Shown one piece after another: positions 37,384 to 49,619 of a stretch of DNA of 52,635 nucleotides (its first letter is position 1; the number at the start of each line of letters is the position of its first letter). Origin of the DNA: Girardia tigrina (lineage: Eukaryota). Made by a program: the position numbers and the translations under genes. Location: NCBI GenBank assembly GCA_001938485.1, contig MQRK01246015.1, positions 1 through 52,635 of the forward strand, read 5' to 3'. Under the pieces are notes generated by a model that had not been told where the DNA came from, did no database searches, and saw nothing but the letters and a program-made list of their open reading frames with translations.

Positions 37384-37655
37384 TCATTGCAGATTAACTA
37401 GCCAACGCAAGTATTTCAGTTTTTCATCATTCGATGCATTCAAATTGTATTCTTGCACAGCCATTGCAATAGCCTCACTCAATGATACATATTTTTTCTT
37501 TACAACTATAGGGCGACCTGACAGAGCATTTGCCAAAGTCAGTCTGCGACAAGCTATATTTCTTCCAAGTCCAAACACTGGGGTGGCTGCATTGAAATAT
37601 AGCATTAAGAGCATTGTGAAAACCTTCACAAAAATTTTTAGTTTTTGTAGTTTTT
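37384..37655 (-). pseudogene. MULE transposase C-terminal fragment
   Basis: TKNFCEGFHNALNAIFQCSHPSVW matches the TNNxxEGxH...HPxxW catalytic-Glu region, then frameshifts into ORF 37384-37629. Confidence 0.8.
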
Positions 37656-37674
37656 TTTAGTTAATGATTTAATT

Positions 37675-37711
<37 letters not shown>

Positions 37712-37886
37712 AGGACGTAATCAGCGCAAGCTAGTGACTTGCGCTTACTAAGAATTCCTCTTTCAAGTGGGATAATTTCAATCCACTATTCCTGACACGA
37801 CAGTGATTCAGCAGGTTACCCGGCCATTTCTAGCTAGGAATAAAACTCGCTGGTACTACCATTGTAGCGCGCGTGTACATCCAAGA
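37675..37886 (-). rRNA. 18S rRNA gene fragment (3' region), non-functional captured copy
   Basis: Universal SSU sequences CTTTGTACACACCGCCCGTCGCTACTACCGATT and CACGCGCGCTACAATG on the minus strand; small deletion and substitutions. Confidence 0.95.
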
Positions 37887-39317
37887 TAATCACTATTTAT
37901 ATGTTCGTATTTATATCGTTCATAGAGATATAAATAATAATTATAAACTTATAAAAAATCAATAACTTTGAATTTTTTTTGACTTGACTAGTGCTCTCGT
38001 ATTCGAATCCCAGATCTTCTTTGAAATCATCGTCTAAATCATCCTCGTAAATTATATCATGATCTTTGCCGACAATGTGAGACGCATCGATATTATTCTC
38101 CAATAAATGATCGGTATTATTCATTTAAACTAGAATTTTTATCTGAAAATTGATTTCAAAATAGAATTTTTTCTACTAAATTCGTTAGACCTTGCACAAT
38201 ATCCTGATCCATCACGCTTTAATATGATTGTAAATAATATTTCTAGATATTGTAATCAGTGCCACATAATTGTCACAACAAAATTGAAAAAACCGGACTT
38301 GATAAACAAAATAACAAAACATTTCAAATATCATTTATCAAACCACATCTTGTCGTAACGAATTACATGTCACGTATAATGCATTCAATAACACAAAATA
38401 TTTCAAATGAACATAATATACCAAGAGCACCCTCAATATAAGTTGATAAGAAATATTTGAGAATTGATTTTTTTCATATTAAAATGATATTTTTATATGA
38501 AATACATATTTTTATATTAAATACATATTTTTCATGTTAAATACATATTTTTTAATAAAATTTGATTTTTTCATATTAAAATGATATTTTTATATGAAAT
38601 ACATATTTTTATATTAAATACATATTTTTTTCATAAAAATTGATTTTTTTCATATTAAATTGATATTTTTTTTATATTAAATACAGAAAAACTCATTAGT
38701 CTAACCAAAAATATAGTTATTGAAAATGTCGAGTTTCAAAAAATGTATAGTAATAATGAAAATATTTCATTTTAGTTATTGGTCGAATTAAAAAAGAATT
38801 GTGTTGAATTAAAAAAAAACTAATCGAAATTTTAAAATGTCGAAATGAAATATTTGTCCCATTAAAAAAATGGGTCGAATTAAAAAATTTGTGTCGAATT
38901 GTCTTGTGTCGAATTGTACGTGTGTCGAATTGTCATGGAACCAATTTAATTATGGTATTTTAAAATCTATAATTTCAATCTATAAAAAGAAGAATTTCTT
39001 AAAAAAGATTTTAGTTTGTGAAAAAAAATTATTTTAGTTTATGAAAAAATGATTGTATTTGTATTTAATTGTATTAATGCCTGATGTTTGAGATTTAAAA
39101 TAAGATATCCAATTTTTAATAAAAAAATAATATATGTATATGAAAATCATTAATAATTAAACTACATTAAAAATTAAATTTAAATAAGTTAAAAAATTTA
39201 ATTTAAGTAAAGTAAAAAAATGATGCAATTTCGGAGTCCCGGGATTATGGTTAAATTTGGTTCCAAAATTCCTGGATCCGAAAATACCGGGATTTGGAAA
39301 CCCTAGTTTAAAGTTCG

Positions 39318-42300
39318 TGTAACACGTGAAAAGTTTATTCTTAACACACTGTTTAATTGATAATATTTAAACAAAATATTTATCAAAAAAGCATATATTA
39401 AATATTTTAAATAATCAAAATATCTCATATCCAACACTCCCACCAGATTCGTCTACAGAAGAATCTGAATCGACAATGTAATCATCTAGATAAGACGGTT
39501 TTCGTTTTTCTCTACTAGACCTACTGTTCAATGATTTTTCCTCTTGTGTTTGATTGCCTGGCAGTTTCCTCCATATTCATGTAGTGTGACTTGAAATTTT
39601 CAACCAAGTCAGGCTGTCTGGGTCGAATATCTGGGATATGTCTTGGATTGTAAAATCCGTTGCAATTTACTAGATATTTCCTTTGATCTATTCTTTTCAC
39701 GAAAACACCCTTGGCCCATTGCTGTGTACAGGGTGTACTGTACCGGTTTTACCAACACTAATTGATTCTCAATATAATCTGGATTTCCACAACACGGTTC
39801 CTTTTCACTTCTTCCAATTATATCTAACCCTATGGGCTATACAGCGCCGAGCTTGGTGTTTCCTTTCCTTCAGATGGCGTTATTTTACCACCATAAAGCT
39901 TCAAATATGCTGATATTTGATCTGGACTCAATTCTTTCGATTGTTCTGTGATTCCTTTCTATTATTCCGTTGCAGATAGATCGATTTATGGTACGACACA
40001 TGACTCGAACGTTCCACATTTTCATTAGCTTGTTGAATTCTACCGAATGAAATGTGGTATAATTATCGATGATTAGTTCCTTGGGAGACCCACGTTCACA
40101 GAACAAACTTGAGAATTCTGAGACAATTGACTTGACGTCTTCAGCTTAATTAATTTCCATATAGCAAAGCGAGAAGGACCACAATCGATTATACTTAAAA
40201 ATTCTTGTTGATTGTACTTTGTAACATCTGCAGCAAGTCTTGTCCAGTTTTTGTTGCCGCTTAGCCTACCGGTTTTCCATTTTACGGGTGCCGGATTGAT
40301 GGATTGACATTTTTGACATCTTGAAATCAGATCCTTAATATCCGTGTTTGACACACCTATTCCTTGCTTCGCACATAGATATCGCATTCTGTTTGCGCCT
40401 AAATGACACTTATCATGAAGTTGCTGCAGCTTGAGTAGATCGTCCATAACCATTAAAAAATAATTGCTTCTTTTTAATTGTTTTGGGATTCTTGTCAACT
40501 CGTCCGCCTTGTTATCTTCGCTACTAACAAACTCGATCTTCAACTCAATCTCATACTCCTGACACAGCTCCTTGATCATCGAAGTCTTCGTTTTATTAAA
40601 AGCTCAGATGAAGCCTTGGTATGTAATTTTTCGCGATCTGAGATTGTTGAGGTTAGCCACGAAATTACTGACTTATTATCTGATTTTACTATCACGCTCC
40701 TTAAACTCAATTTCACACATAAGTTTAAACCTTTTACAACTGCTTCTAGTTCTGCTACATTAATATGTCTAGAATCATCAGTTTTTTTCAACCATGATGC
40801 GTCCTTGATTATGTTCCCTTTGACTTCTAACGCTACACCAATGGCTATTGAAACTTGCATCGCACCATATAATACCTTCCCTGCAGTCATCAATGGCCCA
40901 TAAACCTCTGCAAGGATCACTCTCCCTCACTGTCTTTAAAACCCATTTAAAATTATTCTCATATTTAATGTTATTCTCAAATAATTCTTCGTCTATCTTT
41001 TCATCCCACCTTCCCTCACTAAGTCGTTTAAGGTATGAACAAGACGGACGTATCCAACTAGCTACCGGATGTATTCCAACTAATTGTCCGCATAACGAAT
41101 ATAACTCACGGCGTGAAATTGATTCCACATCCAGCTCATCCCTTAACTGATTGTCTCTCTTCCATCTCACTACATGTTGGTCCTTAAAGACTTTCATTCC
41201 TAAAACTTGAACCTCGTTGGCTTGTGACAGATTTTCCGGTTTCTTACATTTGAGACCAAAGTTATTGAGCACTTTTTCTCCTTTCTTCAACAGAAATGAA
41301 ACTTTCATTTATATAAATATCATCAATATAAGAGTCGGTTTAAACATTGCACCAACTATAATGACCGAAATCGTCAGGTGGATTCTGAAATTTGACACCA
41401 GGATGCGTGAAAATACCAAAAACCATCCTATTTAAAGCATATTTCTTGTTGTTAATGATACAAGATTGGTAACGCCACATCTCCTTATGAAAATGAATCT
41501 GCATGTACGCCTCTGACAAATCAAGCATTGAAAAAGTGGAACCCCTACGTCACATTTCGCGGAGCTTTTCTAAACATATATCCGCTGAACCATTATAAAC
41601 GTCCACGTAATTGTTTAATTTTCTAAAATCAAAAATGGGTCTTACCTTGGACTTATTGGTCTGCAATATTCCAAATATCGGTATGGATCCTATCGATTTA
41701 CCCATTTCTTTCTCATTGTACTTGATTAGATAATCCTTTTTTACCCAACCGTCTTAAATTTTCAACGTTGCAACATCTTTTAATTTGTTGTCCTTAAAAA
41801 CTGACTGCCGATTCAGAAGATGACTCGGAGCCTCACTTTTCCAATTCCATTTAATCGACCAATTTTCTTGAAACTCAATCTCAAAATTATGCTTTTTTAT
41901 ACTAACAAGAGGCGCATCCGATGCAGTACAACTCAAGCTACTATATGTCCCCTTTAATTTCTTCTTCACCGAACTCAATAACACCCTTATTTATTCTCAC
42001 GTCGCACAATTTACCTATGACATCTATACTTATTAAGATCCCTAAACCATACGGCAAATGTTCCATGACCGAACATTCCACCCTAAAGATCCTACCATTT
42101 ATAACCAGCCGCACTTCACCCAAACCCACTCTAACACCCTTTCAATTCGCCAAAACCATACTTTCTCCGTCAGAAAACAGCATGCAATCACTAACTAACC
42201 TTTTTAAAACAACCGTTTTCGAACAACCCGAATCAATCAATGCGATGGGCGATCTGTCATCAACGGTGACGATCATAATCAGCAACACCAGCAACTCATC

Positions 42301-43360
42301 TCTTCGTTTCCCGATCGATATGACCAAGTTTCTGACATTTTTAGCATATTGTATGTCTGTTTGATTGCCACTGAGAACCCTTATGATGCTTCCTTTCCTC
42401 CGATTCGGTGTCTCTCTCACAATAAACATATGATCCTTTGTGAAGATTTTCTCTGCGTTTATCGAGTTTTCTCTGACCTCCAGATCTCCCTATTTCTTTT
42501 TTGTTGTTTCCGTGTTGTATTACTGCCATTGAACCCTGTAATAAACCCTTTTTAATCCCCAAATACATATGGCTATACTCAATAATTTCGGATAATGGTT
42601 GGTCGCCGGCCCATTCCAAATCCACCGCAACTCAAAAGGCAGTTCAGTCATGAAGGCAGCCTTTGTTAGATCGTCGACCTTTGATGTTAGCATCTTCACC
42701 TGAGACGCGTATTCATCGATAGTCTCGCCCTCGTGATACTGTAAGTTTATCAATTGACTGTACGCAGAACGTCTAGTCAGGCCGAACAAATTGTTCAGTA
42801 TCTTGAAGATCCGATCGCAGCTGCTTTGTGACTTCTCGTCCGATTCCATAGTAAAAAAGGGAGATACGGGGCTGGATCAGTAATCTTCTGGATTCTCATG
42901 ACCATTTCAAATTTCTTCTGCCAGATCTTGAAGCTAACGCTTCCATCGAATTTTTCCAAAAACTCCAAAACGATTTTCATATCATTCATTATTCCCAAAT
43001 AGCTTGTAACACGCGAAAAAATTATTTTCAACACACAGTTTAATTGATAATATTTAAACAAAATATTTATCAAAAAGCATATATTAACCCTTCGTAACAT
43101 GGTGTGACACTTCTGTATCAAACCATTGTAACTCTTACAAGATCTCTAAATATTAACATATCACATTTTAAATCACTGTTGCATATCTGTTACACACCGA
43201 TCTATACAACATCGATGATTTATTAGTACCTAAAGGTGGCGTTGGTGATAGGATGATGAATTTTGCGAAGTTTTTTTTAATTTTAAGATGATGTTTTTTT
43301 AAGATATTGAGTTACGAAGTGTTAAATATTTTAAATAATCAAAATATCTAATATCCAACA
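39318..43360 (-). mobile_element. Full-length decayed LTR retrotransposon C (same family as A); 3' LTR 39318-39436, 5' LTR 43005-43360 split by a MITE
   Basis: Matching LTRs; TSD GTTCG (39313-39317 / 43361-43365); gag LEKFDGSVSFKIW; IDSGCS; DLSEAYMQI; WCDAS/HINVAELEA; CQKCQSINPAP integrase. Confidence 0.9.
43088..43321. mobile_element. piggyBac-type MITE inserted in the 5' LTR of element C
   Basis: TTAA TSD (43084-43087 / 43322-43325); TIRs CCCTTCGTAAC / GTTACGAAGTG; the LTR is contiguous at this site in the 3' copy. Confidence 0.9.
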
Positions 43361-43879
43361 GTTCGATTCGTGATGGTTAACGTCTAAACGTGATAATTGA
43401 AACAACCGTGCGTGAAATTACAAAACTAGTTAAAATTAATTATAAATTTTCCCCTTTTCTTCTTTTAGCCTTTTTTAATGTAGAATTTTTTTGGTGTTTT
43501 CCTTTCTTTTTATACTTGTCTTTTTAATTAAAAATCTCCTTTTTTACAAACTAAAATTATTATTTTCGTTTCTTATACAATTTTTTTTCTTTTATTAATA
43601 TTTACATTGTTAACATTTGATTCGTTACAATATTGATAAATTTGTGTGATCAATGTGCTTTATTTATGCAGATGAAAAATCAGTATATTTGTAATTGTAT
43701 GCTGGAATGTGCTTCTGAATTGTTAGTTTGGAAATACCCTCCTTGACATGTGAATGTTTAGATCTTGGAAAAATGATAAAACAGATATTCATTGTATGTC
43801 TGTAAATTTAAATTTTGCGAACAAGATAGTTGAATGACAAAAGGAAATAGTATCGGAACAATTACAAATCGATTATGAC

Positions 43880-44612
43880 AAGATGAGTGAAAGACCAAGT
43901 CTTCATTTTATAATAAATGGCCATAGTGTGAAAGGTCTACTGTACACTGGTGCGAAGATCAATGTAATAAAGAGAGGAATAATTCAAAATATCGAAAATT
44001 GAAATAATTCTGACGAAGAGAAGAACAAAGTGTGCCAATGATTCCGAAATGCATAATTTTGGAATTTCGAAAATTGAAATTACAATCGAAAATGTACATA
44101 AAGTAGTTAAATATGTAAATCCTGAGATGATTGTAGACGTTGATTTTTTAAAACAGTTTAAGATAACGTTAGAGAAAGAAAAAGTTAACTATTTTCAAAT
44201 CAATTTCTAGCTGTTAGAAAATCTGATAGTCATAGATTAAACAAAATTAATGATGGTTTTTTTGGAAAAAATGATTATGAAATACTTGAAATAGAAATCA
44301 GGTTTTATGGCCGACTCATGGATGCTACACAAGATAGATGTACTTGGACTAAATCTTCTTTTATAACCATGGGGATAGCCAAAGCATCTAGAATCAAAGC
44401 TGGATGATATGATAGAAATCTTCAAGAGAATGAAATAATTGAAAAATGCCAATCTGAATGGAATTTCCCGTCAGTAAGTGTCTGGAAGAAAAATAAAGAA
44501 GAAATTTTATTTTAGAAAATTAAATAAAATAACATGGAGACCGGCTTTCCTAATACCAAATATTGATGATATGCTCAATACTCTCAGTGGTTCACAATAT
44601 TTTAGTACAGTG
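43880..44612 (+). mobile_element. Highly decayed Gypsy protease-RT remnant
   Basis: INGHSVKGLLYTGAKINVI; SEWNFP; FRKLNKIT..FLIPNIDDMLNTLSGSQYFSTV. Confidence 0.75.
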
Positions 44613-46690
44613 ATGAATATTTTCTTATGGTGTTTATTGTATTTTGTGCTAGATATGTTGTTTTTAGGATTCTGTTTCTCCCACCTAGATTAAAGATTGA
44701 TATTTTAAATGTGTCATTCGATAATCTTACTTCAATTGACAATCAAAAATGTATCACTTTTATTCATATAATTATTGTTAGATTAAAAATTGATTCCGTT
44801 CATCCCTCGACGTATTAATTACTTTTTATCCCCTAACCGCCAATAAAATTCCCTATTTTGAAGAAAATGCATGAAATTTGTATTTGCGCATTATACATAA
44901 ATCCCTTACAGTCTGACTCGAAGTTAATTAAAAAAATATTCATTTTTAACCTATGTTCGATTTATTGCTGGAGGACAACATATGCTTTGGTAACAGCAGC
45001 TATACATTGTTTTTGTCTCCGAAAAAGAAAATAATCAGGATTTGTTCATTGATTATGAATTTGAAGAAGATCGGACATCAATGTAAGATATTCCAGACAA
45101 CGAAAAACAAATTCTTGATTACATATCACATGAAATATATAATATAACTGATTACGATCACTATGAAATGAACTAATGAGTGTACATATGACAAAATTGT
45201 GATAAATTTTATAAATTGTAAATTACTTTCGTGGTGTTTTGTATATCATTTGATAATATAAATAATTATATTAAGATTAAATAAAAGAATTTAAATAATT
45301 AAAAATTTAAGTAATAAAATTTATTATAATTTAAAAAATAAATATTATAATTAATATTAGAGGTTCTTGGAACATTGTCGGAATTATTACTATGAGATAT
45401 TTCAGACATCAAAACTTTTATTATACCACACAAAAAATGTTTAAATCTAATTTTTAAGCAAACTTATTATTTTTTTGAGAAACAATAATATAAATAAATC
45501 TTTTTATAAATCTTAAACCGATATAAATAAAAATACTTATAAATATTCATATTTGATTTTTTATTACTTTTATAAATCAATTTTAAATTAAGATAACATT
45601 TAAAAATATTTAATCGTTTCGTTTAATTTTATTAATTTTTTTAAAATCGTTCCACATAAAAAAAATTATACATTTTACTTTTTATATTATATTTAAAACT
45701 CTCAAAAAAATTTTATTATTAGCAATTTAATTAGATCTTCTTAATTTTAGTAATTTATTTTTTCAAACCTTACATATTTAATTATATAAAAAATTTAATT
45801 TGTACATATTTAATTAAACTTTCTTTCAAAAAATTTCCAAGCATTTTTAATTCCTAACAATTAAGTACAAAAGTTTTTTGAGAAAAATAAATAAAAATTC
45901 CTCACTACAGCCCATTTATTGCCTGATAATAATAAAGAAAATAGTCAAATGCAAATCAAATCCGATATTTCCAATGATAAAATCAATAAAATAATTTTCA
46001 TTGACTTGATGAAAAAGAAAAATTTATTTGGAAAAAGCTATCGGTACTACAAATCTAATCATCAGAATCGTCTAAATCAACATTATGTATATTTGTAATT
46101 GCATAAAACGATACACATAACAAAAGCGGAATTTTATTACACATTCTTTTTCTTCTTTCAGATTCTTTAAATTTTTATCATTACTATTCGATTTCTTTTC
46201 ACAAAATCAAAACTTGAGAACAATTTTTATTTAATTTTTTAATTAGTTTACTTAATTATTCATTTATTTATATTATCTTTTCGAAACTGGCAAAATGTTC
46301 GGCCAAACATTTAATTTTCCGCTCCACAAATTGTATTCAAGAACAGTATTTTATAATTTACAATGTGGGTTGAAATATGGATTGAAAGGGCCAGAGTTGA
46401 TTTCAATCATGGGTTGAAAGGGCTGACTACCAGACCAAACACAATCAAAACGAGAACTATCGGCTTTTTACCGAGGTGAGACACATTTTATAATTTTTCA
46501 TTCACCCATGCACCCCAAACTCAATTGCACACACCCTGCTAACACTACCAACCTATATATATTTAATTATATAAAAAATTATAGATTTTTTCTGCCTTTT
46601 TTCGATGCAAGACTAGGGACTTGTTGAACGTACTAAGTATATGCACACCAATGCATTATATATATTTGAATTTGAAAAAAATAAAAATGC

Positions 46691-46694
<4 letters not shown>

Positions 46695-46726
<32 letters not shown>
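46695..46726. repeat. (TA)n microsatellite before a gap
   Basis: Direct reading. Confidence 0.95.
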
Positions 46727-47039
46727 NNNNNNNNNNNNNNNNNNNNNNNNNNNNNNNNNNNNNNNNNNNNNNNNNNNNNNNNNNNNNNNNNNNNNNNNNN
46801 NNNNNNNNNNNNNNNNNNNNNNNNNNNNNNNNNNNNNNNNNNNNNNNNNNNNNNNNNNNNNNNNNNNNNNNNNNNNNNNNNNNNNNNNNNNNNNNNNNNN
46901 NNNNNNNNNNNNNNNNNNNNNNNNNNNNNNNNNNNNNNNNNNNNNNNNNNNNNNNNNNNNNNNNNNNNNNNNNNNNNNNNNNNNNNNNNNNNNNNNNNNN
47001 NNNNNNNNNNNNNNNNNNNNNNNNNNNNNNNNNNNNNNG

Positions 47040-48220
47040 AATTAAAAAAAAGAATTTACAAGCTTCTTCAATTTCTTCATGTGATTTGAAAACATGATTT
47101 TTAAAACTTTTCTTCATTTTTGAAAACAAGAATCTGTCACACAGATTAAAATCTGGATTACTGGGCGATTGATAATTTTTTTCAATTTTTCTTCTTTCAA
47201 AAAAAGAGTTGTTACTTTGCTAGAATGAGGTCTTGCATTATCATGCCACCACTTAGGTTCCTTTAGCTTGATGCTGTTAGATCTAAGTTTCCGCCATTTT
47301 AACCGGTCTCATGACAAAGTTCACATACGCCTCGGAATCAATCTTAGTACCATATGGCAGTGCTTTTACATTAAAACTTTTGTCGCAGGTAAAGGTTACG
47401 AAAACAATAGATTTTTTATCAGTCATTGGCGAAGGCTTTATCACCTTTGGTCGAACAGCATTAGAAGGAATCAAAACTTTGTCATCTTCTTTCTTTCCTT
47501 TACCTTGGAAAAAGACCCATTTTTCATCCTCGATCGCTATGTTGGAATATGCTTCATCACCCATCTGTGAAATTACATGGTATATATGCTTTGCAGTGTT
47601 AATGCGTTGTTGTTTATTAGCAGCAGAAAGTTCGTGAGGGACCCAAACAGAACAAACTTTTATGAAATGAAGTTTTTCACGCAAAATTTTGTGGACTGTA
47701 TTTTTGCCTAAAGAAAGTTCATATTCAATATAACGCAAAGACGCATTTGGAGCTTTATCAATCACTTCTTTGACTGCTTTAATATTTTCATCGTCTATTA
47801 ATGACGGCCTGCCACTTCTTGATGAATCGTCGAAGGACGTCCGCTTTTCTTTTTTAAAATCAGTCAACCATTGTTGAATAATTTTCAGTGCTGGGTGATT
47901 TGCGTCTTCCCATACCTGTTGAAGTTGTTGAAGAATTTCTGAAGTAGAGAATCCTCTTTTACTTTGAGTTAGAACAAAAAAACGCTGACAACATTTTTTT
48001 GTTCCATTTTTTAAAAACCGCTTGATTTGAATTCGCTGCAATTTTAAAATTTCAATACTTTAATAAAACCAAATTTTACTTTTTTTTAATTTTATGCTTT
48101 GAAATTTTAACACAGTATTTATGACAGTCTGAATAATACTCAGTCCAAATTTTGTTAAATTTGGTAAAATATTAGTGTGTTTTTAAAGGCCACCTGAGGA
48201 TTTTTGGGACAGCCTAAGTG
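47040..48220 (-). mobile_element. Mariner element (DD34D-like), frameshifted, 3' end lost in a gap
   Basis: SRSGRP, WVPHEL, IEDEKW, WHDNARPH, PDFNLCDRFLF; TIR-like CTTAGGCTGTCCCAAAAATCC near 48196-48216. Confidence 0.9.
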
Positions 48221-48575
48221 TATAAATGTTTACAAATAATTAGATTAAAGCATTTTTATTATTCTGGACGAGTTTCGATGTATTTTCACATCATCTGCAA
48301 TTTTTAATTGTAATCTAAAATTTCCTATAACATAATTTAATTTTACACTAAATTTAAATGGCATTTAAATTGATTTTAATTTACTTTAAAATTTCCAGTA
48401 AATGGTAACAAAATTTAAATTAATTATATTTTAAAGGTATATTATTATTCAAAATTTTGAATTTTAAATTTATAAAAGATATTTAAAATTGAGGCGGCTT
48501 TAGTTTGTCCATTTTGAATGTTAATTAATGGATTATAGTGCCTGATCAACTATTATTCACAAAACTGAAATAATC

Positions 48576-49058
48576 TCACCGGGGGAAGCTACGACACGCA
48601 ATCCGCGATACTGTTGAGATGAACACGGACACCCATTTATTATCATTCCTCTGAGGGCTAGCATCAGGTGAGCACCATTTCAGGTTACCATCATCTCTTT
48701 GCGGGCTAACATTATTGAAGCCCCATTTTTTATTATTCGCATCGTTATCATTGTTGTTATACGAGCCCCAACGTTTGTTAATATTATAACGAGAACCGTC
48801 ACGTGAAACCCATCGTGGTTTTTTATCATAATAATGCTTTACATCGATTTGATCGTGAAGATTTCTTTCGAAAACATATTTCAGACTTCCAGACGATGGC
48901 GACTTGCAACCGATATCTTCGATTTCCACCTTAAACGCATAACCTTCTGAACTACGTTTCTCAAAAATTTTTACTATTCGAAAAACACTTTCGTTTGAAT
49001 TAAAAGAAAGATCCGAAATTGACAAAATTTTATTAGTTTCAATAAACAAAACAATCAA
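48576..49058 (-). other. Open frame of unknown function (no in-frame ATG start) with KW...SPQRxD repeats
   Basis: 160 open codons; repeated KW and SPQR units; head-to-head with the ECHDC3-like fragment. Confidence 0.3.
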
Positions 49059-49299
49059 TGGCCACTTTCCAATTATTTACAAAAATTTCGCGCCGATTTA
49101 ATTTTATTACTCGATTTAAACAAATCGAAAATATATCATAAAAAAATAATAAAAACACAATTTTGAGTTCGAAATCACAATTCGAACCATTCCCAGATTG
49201 ACCAATCCCGTTTGATCTATTTTTAGATTGGCAAATCATTGGTCATTTATTAATAGATCGACTTGAAATTTGTTAAATCGAATCCAAACGAATCGATAT

Positions 49300-49578
49300 T
49301 GTGAAAATATTGACAAACATATAGTGAGAATCGTATTGAATAATGTCAAACGTCAATTTGTTATCTCTGAATTTTATGACTGAACTCGAGAATCATTTGT
49401 ACGGAATCGAGCAGTCGAACCAAGTCAATAAGACCGACATTAGGGCTGTCATCATTAAGTCGTCGAGTAACACGTTTTCCAGTGGACACGATTTACGAGA
49501 ATTTGATGAGAACGATTTTGAGCGACATCGAGAGATATTCGATAAAGCGAGTTCGCTCATGAAATTGATTACACACGC
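49300..49578 (+). pseudogene. ECHDC3: Enoyl-CoA hydratase/crotonase (ECHDC3-like) N-terminal fragment, frameshifted and truncated
   Basis: IVRIVLNN..NLLSLNFM..L...IRAVIIKSSSNTFSSGHDLRE...EIFDKASSLMKLI; FSSGHDL is the ECHDC3-type oxyanion motif. Confidence 0.75.
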
Positions 49579-49619
49579 TCGTTTCTGTTGATGCCAGTCT
49601 GGTCACCCTCCTCATTTAC

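Larger units (their letters stand above)
36960..38942 (-). mobile_element. Mutator-like (MULE) deletion derivative with long TIRs and captured cargo (Pack-MULE-like)
   Basis: 9-bp TSD AATTTAATT (36951-36959 / 38943-38951); ~380-480 bp TIRs beginning GG..GACAATTCGACAC; transposase tail KNFCEGFHNALNAIFQCSHPSVW. Confidence 0.9.

Noticed and set aside
37675-37886. Functional rDNA locus
   Set aside because: Only ~210 bp with a deletion, embedded in a MULE, and no flanking rDNA
43361-43372. GTTCGATTC as part of a tRNA gene
   Set aside because: The reconstructed empty site shows no A-box or cloverleaf
46621-47129. ORFs rich in IY/X (also 51418-51679, 32516-32716)
   Set aside because: Artefacts of (TA)n tracts and N-gaps
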